Part shown: piece by piece, positions 1-8,722 of the stretch | Layout of the letters: the number at the start of each line of letters is the position of its first letter | How positions within the stretch are numbered: position 1 is the first letter of the stretch | Source of the DNA: Halogeometricum borinquense DSM 11551 | GTDB lineage: Archaea > Halobacteriota > Halobacteria > Halobacteriales > Haloferacaceae | DNA length: 32,000 nt | Direction: 5' to 3' | NCBI RefSeq assembly: GCF_000172995.2 | Contig: NC_014732.1 | Span: 1-32,000 of the forward strand | Position numbers and translations under genes: made by a program | Notes under the pieces: generated by a model | Told to the model about the DNA's origin: nothing | The model's database searches: none | What the model saw: only the letters and a program-made list of their open reading frames with translations

Positions 1-84
1 TCGATAGATGACGAGCGCATCCGATAGCCTCCGCACGACCGGTGGCCTTCGTACGACCTCCCAATCGACAGGCGGTGAACAACT

Positions 85-1197
85 GTGAGTCGAGCGACGT
101 TCGCCGCCAACGATGCTGAGCAGTCAGAGACAACACACGACGCTGGACGGGCTATCGACGTGTGGGTTGACCTCGCCAGTCCGTCCCACCCGTTTTTCTT
201 CAAGGCACTGACCGACTCGCTCACCAACGTCAAGACAACGGTGACCGTGCGAGAGAAAACCGAAACGGTTCCGCTCGCTCGACAGGTCGGCTACGAGTTT
301 CAGACACTCGGAAAGGACTACGAGAACCCACACCTCCGCAAGCTAGGGATACCGCTGCGAACCGCACAACTGGCTGTCAAAGCACCGAAGGCGGATGTCG
401 CGCTCTCCTCTCGGAACGCGATGTGCGTCCTCGCGGCGAAAGCGCGCGGAATGCCGTCGATCCACTTCACGGATAACGACATCTGCGCCTACGTGGACGG
501 ACTGAAGGCGGAGGAACTGTACCACAGACTAGAGGCGCAGGCGACGCATAACGTCGTCCCGGAAGCGTTCCAGTCCGAGGTACTCACAGAGCGAGGAGCG
601 GATCCGGACAGCGTCCACACGTACAGCGGGTACAAAGAGGACGTATACGTGGCCGCCTTCGATCCCGACCCCACGTTCCTCGACGAACTCCCGTTCGACA
701 GCGAGGAGTTCATCGTCGTTCGGCCCGAGGCCCTGTCTGCGACGTACGTAGACGCGAACGGGTCCCTCGTCCCCGACATTCTCGCTGGAGCCGTCGAACG
801 CGGTGTGAACGTGGTCTATCTCCCCCGCGAAGAGAACGACCGCTCGTTTGCCGACGGATTGCCAGCAGAGCGAATCTACATCCCCGACAACCCGCTCTCG
901 GGATTGGAACTTTCGTGGCACGCACGGTGCGTACTGACCGGATCGGGAACGATGGCGCGTGAAGCGGCCCGTATGGAAACACCCGCGGTATCGTTTTTCC
1001 CGAGTACGCGCATCTCCGTAGACCGGGCGCTGATCGACGCGGGCGAGATATTCCACTCGCGTGACGCCGAAGACATCCTCGACTACGTGACGTCCATCTC
1101 CGACCGTGACGCACATCCCGACCGAACCCGCGCTCGTCGCGTCCGACGCGAAGTTGCCGATCTGACTGCAGACTTGCTGAACGAGAGAGTCAACTGA
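85..1197 (+). CDS. DUF354-family protein (GT-B / UDP-GlcNAc 2-epimerase-like fold), glycan-cluster associated
   Basis: 370-aa ORF with GTG start at 85 and no in-frame ATG upstream of the conserved core. N-terminal 'IDVWVDLASPSHPFFFKAL' and 'GMPSIHFTDND' resemble the archaeal DUF354 signature as I remember it. Acidic composition. Confidence 0.7.
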   Translation: MSRATFAANDAEQSETTHDAGRAIDVWVDLASPSHPFFFKALTDSLTNVKTTVTVREKTETVPLARQVGYEFQTLGKDYENPHLRKLGIPLRTAQLAVKAPKADVALSSRNAMCVLAAKARGMPSIHFTDNDICAYVDGLKAEELYHRLEAQATHNVVPEAFQSEVLTERGADPDSVHTYSGYKEDVYVAAFDPDPTFLDELPFDSEEFIVVRPEALSATYVDANGSLVPDILAGAVERGVNVVYLPREENDRSFADGLPAERIYIPDNPLSGLELSWHARCVLTGSGTMAREAARMETPAVSFFPSTRISVDRALIDAGEIFHSRDAEDILDYVTSISDRDAHPDRTRARRVRREVADLTADLLNERVN

Positions 1198-1233
1198 GTC
1201 ACCCGTTTTCCCGCCACCGATCGCGCGGACCCG

Positions 1234-1242
1234 AAAAATTAT
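1234..1242 (+). promoter_or_regulatory. TATA-like box (cgAAAAATTATg) centred ~28 nt upstream of the ATG at 1267; implies a leaderless or very short-leader mRNA
   Basis: AT-rich octamer in an otherwise GC-rich spacer, at the spacing typical of haloarchaeal TATA-to-start distances. Confidence 0.4.
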
Positions 1243-1266
1243 GTGTATTAGTTGCTGATTTGATAC

Positions 1267-2061
1267 ATGGCTCGGACAGCCCTCCACATCACAGTCGCCG
1301 TATTAGTCCTCCTCGCAGGCTGTAACGGCGCGTTCGGTGAAATCGGTGCGCAGGAGCCTGAATCGACACCGACGCCAGACGAGTCAGTTTCGAACCCGCC
1401 CGGAGTCACTGATCATGGCGTCACAGACGCTATCGCGCTCGTCAGCGCACACCACACGCAAACGGCCAACAGCTCGTACGTATCGAACCACACCGTCACC
1501 GTCGAGTATCCCAACGGCAGTCACGCTCGGCAGGTGCGGACGACCCGGCACGGAACGGACAACAACCGGTACCACATGCTGCAACGCGTCCGCGGCCAGT
1601 CATCGAGACTGCTCTCGGGTACAGCGTACGAGATGTGGGCGAACAGTACGACTTCCGTGATCGTTGTCAGAGACGACGAAGAACAGCGGTTCTTCAGAGA
1701 GCAAGATAACTTCGTACGGGAGGTGACGCGATCACGGCTACTCGCCCTGTTTACGAAGATAGAGACGCGAACGACGGGAACGACGACGGATGGCCAGCCG
1801 CTCGTTCATCTGCTCGGAACGGGACCGGTCGAGACGAAACTGCGGCGCGTCGGTACCAAGAACATCTCGAACACATCGTTCACCGCTACCGTGACACCCC
1901 ACGGCGTCGTCCGGACGTACACACTCCGTTACGAGGGCACGCTTGACGGGACGAACGTCAAGGTAACCGAAACGTACCGGGTGCGATCCAACGAGTCAGT
2001 GACCGTTGAGCGACCGTCGTGGGTCCCAACTGCACTGGAGGAAACGAACCGTTCGGGCTGA
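1267..2061 (+). CDS. Secreted lipoprotein of unknown function, rich in N-glycosylation sequons
   Basis: N-terminus 'MARTALHITVAVLVLLAGCNG' is a signal peptide plus lipobox (LAGC). A Thr/Pro linker follows. Eight N-x-S/T sequons in 264 aa. A TATA-like box lies ~28 nt upstream of the ATG. Confidence 0.8.
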   Translation: MARTALHITVAVLVLLAGCNGAFGEIGAQEPESTPTPDESVSNPPGVTDHGVTDAIALVSAHHTQTANSSYVSNHTVTVEYPNGSHARQVRTTRHGTDNNRYHMLQRVRGQSSRLLSGTAYEMWANSTTSVIVVRDDEEQRFFREQDNFVREVTRSRLLALFTKIETRTTGTTTDGQPLVHLLGTGPVETKLRRVGTKNISNTSFTATVTPHGVVRTYTLRYEGTLDGTNVKVTETYRVRSNESVTVERPSWVPTALEETNRSG

Positions 2062-2083
2062 TCTGACTCCCGCAACGAGGTAG

Positions 2084-3349
2084 CTATCGCCCGACGAGGC
2101 CGACAAGTCGAGCGCGAATCGACCCCAGTCGCCCCCGCGTCGCCGTCGTTGCAGACTCATCCGTGGCGGCGCTTCGATCCATTGCCTCGGGATCGACTGT
2201 TTCCTCCTCGACCATCGATTCCAACGCGTTGTCCTCGACATCCAACGGCAGTTCGACGCGTCCGCGGCGACGCGAGGACTCCCACGCCGCGAAGATAAGT
2301 TCGTCCGCGGCGAGTGCGTCACGGCCATTCAACTCCGACTCCTCGCCGTCGCGTAACGCACGAATGAGCTCCTCGATGGCGCGTTCGGTGTACGTCGTAG
2401 AGTCGAGATGGCTGGCGAGGCGCGGGGAGATTCGGCGGGCGACAAGTCGGGTTCCGGCGCGGATCTTCCCCGGTTTCGGTCGGTAGCGGCCGTCAGTTCC
2501 GGTATCGACCGTCTTCCACGACTTCCCGTCGCGGCGGTACGCGAGCGTTCCGTCGTCGCGCACCTCGATGACGCCCTTCGTGCCGAGAAGACGGAACAGG
2601 GCGTCGCCACAAAACGCCTCTCCGCGACCCGTCGAAGCGAGTCCGTAGACCCCGTTCTCGTACCGCCACTGTGCGATAGCCTGATTCTCGTTGTGTGCTC
2701 CGAACAGCACGTTCTCGTTGGTGTAGTCGATCTGTGCGAGAACCCATTCGACGGGTTCGATGTCGTTGTAGAAGTTGGCGAGATCGAACGCGTGCGTTCC
2801 CGTATCGTATAGATGCTCCTCACGGAACTCGATACGCCGTAGCTCGCCGATCCTTCCGTCGTCCAAGAGCGCCTTCGCCCGCCGGTAGGGTTTCCCGAAG
2901 CGTTGCTGGTGGTTGATCGTGAGCGCAACACCCTCGGCCTCGCACTCTTCGACCATGCGCTTTGCATCGCCCCACGTCAGGGCCAGCGGCTTCTCGCAGT
3001 GGATGGCTTCCACAACGCCACTCTGGGCGATATCGACAACGATGTCAGCGTGAGTATCGGGCGGGACGCAGACGCTCACTACGTCCGGTTCCGTCTCAGA
3101 GAGCATCTCCTCGTATTTCTCGTAGACGTTAGCGTCGTCAATGTCGTACGCGGCCGCAAACGCGGCCGCGTTCTCGGGAACGATGTCCGCGCAAGCGACG
3201 GGTTCGCAGTCGTCGAGTCGTTCGTAGCCCGCAGCGTGGCGGTACGCCATGGCAAAGCCGTCACCGTCGGGGTCGCCGGTGCCGACGAATCCGATTCTAA
3301 ATGTCACACAGGAGCGTACGAGTGTCCGGTCGTTGAGTATACGCGTCAT
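2084..3349 (-). CDS. Gfo/Idh/MocA-family NAD(P)-dependent sugar oxidoreductase
   Basis: Rossmann start 'RIGFVGTGDP', then 'PDVVSVCVPPDTHADIV', 'AIHCEKPLALT' (EKP motif) and 'LTINHQQRF'. I place the start at the ATG at 3349 (MTRILND...). The upstream part of the 575-aa track ORF is basic, low-complexity and overlaps the divergent gene. Confidence 0.88.
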   Translation of the reverse strand: MTRILNDRTLVRSCVTFRIGFVGTGDPDGDGFAMAYRHAAGYERLDDCEPVACADIVPENAAAFAAAYDIDDANVYEKYEEMLSETEPDVVSVCVPPDTHADIVVDIAQSGVVEAIHCEKPLALTWGDAKRMVEECEAEGVALTINHQQRFGKPYRRAKALLDDGRIGELRRIEFREEHLYDTGTHAFDLANFYNDIEPVEWVLAQIDYTNENVLFGAHNENQAIAQWRYENGVYGLASTGRGEAFCGDALFRLLGTKGVIEVRDDGTLAYRRDGKSWKTVDTGTDGRYRPKPGKIRAGTRLVARRISPRLASHLDSTTYTERAIEELIRALRDGEESELNGRDALAADELIFAAWESSRRRGRVELPLDVEDNALESMVEEETVDPEAMDRSAATDESATTATRGRLGSIRARLVGLVGR

Positions 3350-3434
3350 AACGGTTGGCCACGCCGAACGATGGAGGGCGGAGACACAGTTCAGTGGTTG
3401 TGGTCGCGCTTGTGGCCTTAACAGATGCATTACA

Positions 3435-4415
3435 ATGACTCGAAGAGGACACCTCGGGAGTATGGAGCGTGCGCCACGTCCAGCGATACAGTTGTACAGC
3501 GTCCGGGAGCTACCCGAACCGCTCCCCGACGTGATTCGGCGCGTCTCGAACGCCGGGTTCGAAGGCGTCGAGTTCGCAAATCGGTTCTTCGAAGAAGACC
3601 CCGAAGCCGTTGCCGACGCACTCGCGGAGACGGGTGTCGTCCCGGTCGCCGCCCACGCCGACCTCTCAGCGGTGGAAGAAGCCGTCGAGGGAGCGAACGA
3701 CTTGCTTGAGCGCTTGGAGACGGTCGGTTGTGACCGAGTAATCGTTCCCCACATCTCGCCGCGGCACTTCCAGACGCGGTGGGCCGTTCGGTCGCTCTCG
3801 TACCGTCTCACGGATGTGGCCCACGAACTCGACGCACACGGCGTGCGCCTCGGTTACCATACGATGCGTCACGACCTGTATCCGATGTTCCCGGAAGCCG
3901 TCGGCACGGTGTTCGACCAAACACCGGTCCCGCAGGGCGTCGCCAACATCGGCGCACAGGCGCTCGCCCGTCTCCGCCGTGCGGACCCCCGCGCTGATCT
4001 CGCAGAGGTTCCGAGCGAATCCGGGTTTTGGAACCTCCTCGCCCGAACGACGCCGGAAGACGTGTGCTTCGAGGTGGACGTGGGTGAAGTCACCGCCGCC
4101 GGATTCGATCCTGCGGCGGCGGTCGAACTCGCCGCTGGACGGATTCCCTGCATCCACGTCCGCGATGTAGCAGCGACAGGTCGATTCGGAACGTACGACA
4201 ACGCCGACCCCGGAGAGGGCGACGTAGATTTCGACGCCGTCGCCCACGCGGCACGCAAAAGCGGCACCGAGTGGCTGGTCTACGAACACGACGACCCGGA
4301 CGACCCGCACCGGACTATCGACGACGGCGCGGCCCTGCTCGGTCGCCTCTGCGGAGACGATGACACAGACAGTGCAGAGTTGGCCGGGTCCGCGCGCATC
4401 GAGTCGCCGCGATAG
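3435..4415 (+). CDS. Sugar phosphate isomerase/epimerase (xylose isomerase-like TIM barrel)
   Basis: 'PAIQLYSVRE...VSNAGFEGVEFANRF', 'VAAHADL' and 'VGCDRVIVPH' are typical of the AP-endonuclease-2 / xylose-isomerase-like TIM-barrel family. Start is the ATG at 3435 (alternative ATG at 3462). Divergent from the oxidoreductase. Confidence 0.82.
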   Translation: MTRRGHLGSMERAPRPAIQLYSVRELPEPLPDVIRRVSNAGFEGVEFANRFFEEDPEAVADALAETGVVPVAAHADLSAVEEAVEGANDLLERLETVGCDRVIVPHISPRHFQTRWAVRSLSYRLTDVAHELDAHGVRLGYHTMRHDLYPMFPEAVGTVFDQTPVPQGVANIGAQALARLRRADPRADLAEVPSESGFWNLLARTTPEDVCFEVDVGEVTAAGFDPAAAVELAAGRIPCIHVRDVAATGRFGTYDNADPGEGDVDFDAVAHAARKSGTEWLVYEHDDPDDPHRTIDDGAALLGRLCGDDDTDSAELAGSARIESPR

Positions 4416-4481
4416 CCGGTACGATACCCGAAATCGGTTAATCGCACTATTACAATCCGGGTCTCGGGGGTCACTTGGTGT

Positions 4482-5621
4482 ATGGAACTTCAGCACCGTC
4501 GCCTCGACGATTCGCCACCGTGCGGTCGAATGAGTTTCTGCCTCACGACTGATCTGACGGGAAACGGTCGCCCAGACGTTCTCGTCGGCGCGCTCGGCGG
4601 CGAGTATCCCGTCACGCTGCCCGTCCTCGGCAAGGAGATAGACCTGCGCAAACTGCCGGGGACGCGCGAGGCGATTCATCGTCACGAGCGGAACGTGTTC
4701 TGGTACGAGAACCCCGGATGGGAACGACACGACGTGGCCCGCGCGCCGGACCTCTCGGTCGGCGGTGCCCTCGGGGACATCACGGGGACAGGGACGGTAG
4801 ACCTCGTCGCCGGACAGAACCTCAACCAGTACGACCTCTACTGGTTCGAGCAACCCGACGACCCGCGCGAGTCGTGGACGCGCCGCCTCGTCACCGACGA
4901 CTTCGAGAAGTACCACGACGTCGCCGTCGCGGACGTAGACGGCGACGGCGAGAGCGAAGTGATCGCGTTATCACAGGAAAGCGAAGTGATCTTCTACTAC
5001 GACGTGCCCGCAGATCCCCGGCGCGAACCGTGGCCGGTTGCCAACCGCCACGTCGTCGCCGACAACATCAACGTCGAGGGCGTCCAAGTCGGCGACATCG
5101 ACGGCGATGGGACCGTCGAAATTCTCGCCGGGCCGAACGTGTTCCACCGCGAAGACGACGGATCGTGGACGCGAGAGCGCATCGCCACCGGATGGGACTG
5201 GACGCGCGTCGTCGCCGCAGACGTTGACGGCGACGGCGAGAGCGAGGTGATCGTCACTGAGGGAGACCTCCCGTATCAGGGCGACAGACGCGCACGTCTC
5301 GGCGTGTTCGATCCGCCGGGGTGGACACCGACGATTCTGCATGACGACCTATCGAATCCTCACTCGCTCCAACTCGCGGATTTGGACGGCAACGGGAGCC
5401 CGGACGTGTACGTTGCCGAGATGGGCCTCGAATCGGGGCACAACCCGCGGCAGTTCGTCTTCTGGAACCGTGGGGACGGCACGTTCGAGGAGGAAGTGAT
5501 CGTCGAAGGCGTCCCGACGCACGAGGCGAAACTCGTGGATTTAGACGGTGATGGGCGACTCGACATCGTCGGAAAATCCTACGTCGAACCGAGTGTGGAC
5601 GCGTGGTTCAACGTGGCTTGA
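4482..5621 (+). CDS. FG-GAP/VCBS-repeat protein, predicted 7-bladed beta-propeller, no signal peptide
   Basis: Seven Ca-binding-type repeats: DLTGNGRPDVLV, GDITGTGTVDLVA, ADVDGDGESEVIA, GDIDGDGTVEILA, ADVDGDGESEVIV, ADLDGNGSPDVYV, VDLDGDGRLDIVG. No hydrophobic or Tat N-terminus. Alternative start at the ATG at 4530. Confidence 0.85.
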   Translation: MELQHRRLDDSPPCGRMSFCLTTDLTGNGRPDVLVGALGGEYPVTLPVLGKEIDLRKLPGTREAIHRHERNVFWYENPGWERHDVARAPDLSVGGALGDITGTGTVDLVAGQNLNQYDLYWFEQPDDPRESWTRRLVTDDFEKYHDVAVADVDGDGESEVIALSQESEVIFYYDVPADPRREPWPVANRHVVADNINVEGVQVGDIDGDGTVEILAGPNVFHREDDGSWTRERIATGWDWTRVVAADVDGDGESEVIVTEGDLPYQGDRRARLGVFDPPGWTPTILHDDLSNPHSLQLADLDGNGSPDVYVAEMGLESGHNPRQFVFWNRGDGTFEEEVIVEGVPTHEAKLVDLDGDGRLDIVGKSYVEPSVDAWFNVA

Positions 5622-5622
5622 G

Positions 5623-6489
5623 ATGTCTCTGACGCCCGACATCGGAATCCGTCCGCGCGTTCGGGAGAGTGCAAGCATGACGAAGGAGGCCGTCGTCAGC
5701 CGAGTTACCGGAACGGCGGTCGCTGACGCTGTCAGACTGCTCGGTTTCGACAGTGTGTTCTCTGACGTGATGAATCGCATGACAGGTCCGTTGCTTCCGG
5801 ACGAAGCGGTGTTTCGCATCAATGGCGAGGAGTGGCGCTTCCGCATCTCGACACGGTTCGAGTACGAGAGTTTGTCGAAGTACCGGACCGACCCCGACAG
5901 GCTGGTTCTCCAACACTTCGTACGGAGCCTCCGCGACGACGACGTGGTCTGGGATGTCGGCGCGCACGTCGGTGTGTTCAGCGTCCTGGCCGCGGGACAG
6001 GTCCCCGCAGGCACCGTCATCGCTATCGAACCCCTTCCCGAAAACGCCGAACAACTCCGAGAGAACCTCAAACGGAACGGGCGTGACGCGACAGTTCGAC
6101 AACTCGCTCTCGACGACGAGAGCAGACGAGCCGAACTCGGCGTCAACAGCCCGAGCGGCGCAGGTGCGTTCGGTACTCTCAACGGTCTCTCCAGCCGCCG
6201 ACGAACCACCGTACAGACTGACTGCGGTGACTCGCTGGTCACCGACGGTGTCCCGGCACCGACAGTGTTGAAAGTAGACGTACAAGGGGCCGAACTCAAC
6301 GTCCTGCGCGGGCTTCAACGCAGTCTCCTCGGTTGCCGTATCGTCTGTGTCAACGTCTACGAGAAGCACTTCACCCGCGGCGACGAGGGTGAGGAGATAC
6401 GGGACATCCTCGAATCGTCTGGATTGCACGTCGAGCGTCTCGCCGAGTGGGACGGTGGTCACTTCCTGTGGGGAACGCGAGAGTCGTAA
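5623..6489 (+). CDS. FkbM-family SAM-dependent methyltransferase
   Basis: 'VWDVGAHVGVFSV' (SAM-binding glycine motif), 'VIAIEPLPENAEQLRENL' and 'VLKVDVQGAELNVLRG' are hallmarks of FkbM-type methyltransferases. The ATG at 5623 lies 1 nt after the upstream stop (alternative ATG at 5677). Confidence 0.85.
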   Translation: MSLTPDIGIRPRVRESASMTKEAVVSRVTGTAVADAVRLLGFDSVFSDVMNRMTGPLLPDEAVFRINGEEWRFRISTRFEYESLSKYRTDPDRLVLQHFVRSLRDDDVVWDVGAHVGVFSVLAAGQVPAGTVIAIEPLPENAEQLRENLKRNGRDATVRQLALDDESRRAELGVNSPSGAGAFGTLNGLSSRRRTTVQTDCGDSLVTDGVPAPTVLKVDVQGAELNVLRGLQRSLLGCRIVCVNVYEKHFTRGDEGEEIRDILESSGLHVERLAEWDGGHFLWGTRES

Positions 6490-7347
6490 ATGACCGATGC
6501 CAGTCTGACGAGACGGCTTGCCCGTGCCGGATTCGAGGCGCTCGCTCGACTCGACGGTGCGACGAACGTCTCGCATCTGTACCCGGACGAGGCAAACGCC
6601 GTCCTTGCGTACCACGCTGTCGGTGAGCCTGCGGGTTACGGAAACATCTCCACCGACCGATTTCGTCGTGACCTCGACTACATTACCGAACACTTCACGG
6701 TAGGTGACCTGCCCGCAGTCCTCGACTCCTACGGTGGAAAACGCGTTGCACTCACGTTCGACGACGCGTACGACGACTTCTACGAGAACGTCCTCCCGCT
6801 ACTCCGCGAGTACAACGTCCCGGCGACGCTGTTCGTCCCAGTCGAGTTCGTCGGCGGTTGTCCCGACGACTACGCGTATCGATTCGCGCGGTCACCAATC
6901 GACCACGAATCGTTCAACGATCCGTCGTTATTCGACGGAGAGACCGTCCGCGGTCCGAGTATGATGTCGTGGGACCGGCTGAACGAGGTTGCGGCGGACC
7001 CGCTCGTCACCGTCGGCACCCACACGCGGACGCACCCGGACCTCGGCCGCATCCACGACCGGGAGACGCTGGAGTACGAAATCGTCGGTGCGAGAGACGT
7101 ACTCGAAGAGCGATTGGGCGTAGACGTTGACCGTTTCTGTTACCCGTACGGCCGGTACTCAGGCGAAGCGGTGTCAGTAGTGGAAGAATCACACAGATTG
7201 GCGGTTACCTCTCAGCACGGGGTCCTGATTGACATCGAAGCCGCTGACAGATATCGACTTCCTCGTGTGCGTGCGCATAAAGAGGAGCAGTACGTTCGAT
7301 GGGACCTCTCCGGACTCCGGTGGGAACTGACCGAGTTGGTCAGCTGA
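6490..7347 (+). CDS. Polysaccharide deacetylase (NodB homology domain, CE4)
   Basis: NodB motif 1 'ALTFDDAYDD', motif 2 'GTHTRTHPDL', and 'FCYPYGRY'. The ATG directly abuts the stop of the methyltransferase (taa|atg). Confidence 0.9.
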   Translation: MTDASLTRRLARAGFEALARLDGATNVSHLYPDEANAVLAYHAVGEPAGYGNISTDRFRRDLDYITEHFTVGDLPAVLDSYGGKRVALTFDDAYDDFYENVLPLLREYNVPATLFVPVEFVGGCPDDYAYRFARSPIDHESFNDPSLFDGETVRGPSMMSWDRLNEVAADPLVTVGTHTRTHPDLGRIHDRETLEYEIVGARDVLEERLGVDVDRFCYPYGRYSGEAVSVVEESHRLAVTSQHGVLIDIEAADRYRLPRVRAHKEEQYVRWDLSGLRWELTELVS

Positions 7348-7364
7348 TCGAAAAAGCAGCTCTG

Positions 7365-8378
7365 CTACCCGTTCAGGAACTGGCTGCGGATCGTGTCGCG
7401 TACCTCAACCGCCCGACAGCCGAGACGGATGACGCCGTCAAGTGCAAGATGGACGAGATGGTCGAGCGGAGACTTGTTTCTCGTGACATCGTCCGGCGGC
7501 GAGTACGTTCGGGCGAACTCGAACAGTTCGGGCCGTCGATTCGTGAGTCGCTTTCGGTACCGACGACTGACGATGCGTTTGCGGATGTAGCCGGAGAGAC
7601 TCGTCGCGTAGTCGTGATAGATAACGGCGTCCGGGCAGTAAACGATCTGGTCGCGGTCATACCCAGTACGGATGAGCCGATACGTGAGGTCGATACCCTC
7701 GTGTCCCGCACGTCCGCCGAGCTTCTCGTCGAATCCCGAAACCGAGCGGTACGCCTCGCGGTCGATGGAGGTGTTCCCCTCAATGTTCAGAAGATACGGA
7801 AGCGTCCGATCACCGAGGTCGTACCAGCGCTGAAGCCGGTTGTAGAACGTCTTCGATTGGGGAAAGATGCGACCGCGTACGGCGACAACGTCCGAATCGT
7901 CGTGTGCGCAGCGGTGCGCCGCAACGAAATTCTCCTCCGGAACGGCATCGTCATCAAGAAACAACAGGAGGTCGGAAAGGGCGAGTTCCGCACCGAGATT
8001 TCGCGCAATCGTGACGCCGCAGTTCCGGATGAGTTCGACGTACGCCGTCCCACAGTCAAGGTCGTGGAGTCTCGACTCGATATCCCAATCGACGCCGTTG
8101 TTCACCACGACAAGTTCGAACGCGTCGTCGGTCTGTGCTTCGATTGCGGTGAGGACGGAGTCGAACGCGTTCCTGCTAGTCTGAAACGTCACGACGACGA
8201 CCGAAATTGCCGGTTCGGTAGCCTGGACGCTGTCGAATCCCGTCTCGACTAAGTGCCGGTACACACCGGATAACCGTTCGGCTCTGCCGATGCAGGGCGT
8301 CTCGTCGGCGGGTGCTTCCGAGTTGTCCACCACGCTCTGCGGTTCGGAATCCGGTCCGGTGTCCGACTCGGACTGCAT
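7365..8378 (-). CDS. GT2-family glycosyltransferase with ~55-aa acidic N-terminal extension
   Basis: 'ISVVVVTFQTSRNAFDSVLTAIEAQT..FELVVVNNG' and DxD 'FLDDDAVPE'. The antisense 317-aa ORF (7299..8252) has no recognisable motifs. Confidence 0.9.
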   Translation of the reverse strand: MQSESDTGPDSEPQSVVDNSEAPADETPCIGRAERLSGVYRHLVETGFDSVQATEPAISVVVVTFQTSRNAFDSVLTAIEAQTDDAFELVVVNNGVDWDIESRLHDLDCGTAYVELIRNCGVTIARNLGAELALSDLLLFLDDDAVPEENFVAAHRCAHDDSDVVAVRGRIFPQSKTFYNRLQRWYDLGDRTLPYLLNIEGNTSIDREAYRSVSGFDEKLGGRAGHEGIDLTYRLIRTGYDRDQIVYCPDAVIYHDYATSLSGYIRKRIVSRRYRKRLTNRRPELFEFARTYSPPDDVTRNKSPLDHLVHLALDGVIRLGCRAVEVRDTIRSQFLNG

Positions 8379-8383
8379 GTCGA

Positions 8384-8722
8384 TTACTCGCCCGTCATCC
8401 CGTCCGGAGTAGAGAACGCGGAGGCGTCCGGCAAGGAGGCCACGTCCGTGTTCACACCGCGGGACGTTGCAGTTGAAACCGATTCGTCGAATGCGTCGTT
8501 AGCTGGAGTTGTGAGTGAGAGCGAGTCGATAGCTGGAGTTGCGGTTGAGAGCGCGTCGATAGCGGGGGTTGGGGGTGAAAGCGAGTCGGTGGGTGGATAC
8601 TCTCGAAGTGTGCGGACGTGGCTGTCCCCGGTCGTGAAGATGACTTCCATCGTCCCGTTTTTATAGCTGTCCTCGTCCCCTCGTTGCGGTAATCGACCGC
8701 GGTCGTATCCTTGCATGAACAC
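8384..8722 (-). CDS. Small acidic hypothetical protein with 10-aa tandem repeats (xTPAIDxLSx)
   Basis: 112-aa ORF (GTG at 8722; internal ATGs at 8716 and 8650). It ends 5 nt before the GT2 start, on the same strand. It contains 'PPTPAIDALS TATPAIDSLS LTTPANDAFD', encoded by the 30-bp DNA repeat. The opposite strand is also open (8448..8666), so coding status is uncertain. Confidence 0.3.
   Translation of the reverse strand: MFMQGYDRGRLPQRGDEDSYKNGTMEVIFTTGDSHVRTLREYPPTDSLSPPTPAIDALSTATPAIDSLSLTTPANDAFDESVSTATSRGVNTDVASLPDASAFSTPDGMTGE
8491..8597. repeat. 30-bp direct tandem repeat, ~3.5 copies (~77-80% identity between neighbours)
   Basis: Units at 8491-8520, 8521-8550 and 8551-8580, plus a partial unit at 8581-8597. 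Example unit: gcgagtcgatagctggagttgcggttgaga. Identity counted by hand. Confidence 0.85.

Noticed and set aside
529-1287. 252-aa minus-strand ORF antisense to the DUF354 gene
   Set aside because: It is Arg/Gly/Val-rich with no motifs, the typical shadow ORF of a GC-rich coding region. The plus-strand frame carries the recognisable family signature.
3350-3811. N-terminal 154-aa extension of the 575-aa track ORF (oxidoreductase frame)
   Set aside because: It is a basic Ser/Ala/Arg low-complexity sequence that overlaps the divergent TIM-barrel gene. The Rossmann motif starts right after the ATG at 3349.
3666-4916. 416-aa minus-strand ORF spanning the isomerase and FG-GAP genes
   Set aside because: It is antisense to two motif-rich plus-strand genes, has a basic composition atypical for a haloarchaeal protein, and shows no domain signatures.
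5608-6693. 361-aa minus-strand ORF antisense to the methyltransferase and deacetylase
   Set aside because: Shadow ORF. The plus strand carries clear FkbM and NodB motifs.
7299-8252. 317-aa plus-strand ORF overlapping the GT2 gene
   Set aside because: The minus strand has the GT2 core and DxD motif. The plus-strand product has no motifs and would overlap the deacetylase end.
8491-8597. Possible CRISPR array
   Set aside because: The 30-bp units are directly adjacent with no spacers, are only ~77-80% identical, and no cas genes are nearby. This is a tandem repeat, not a CRISPR.
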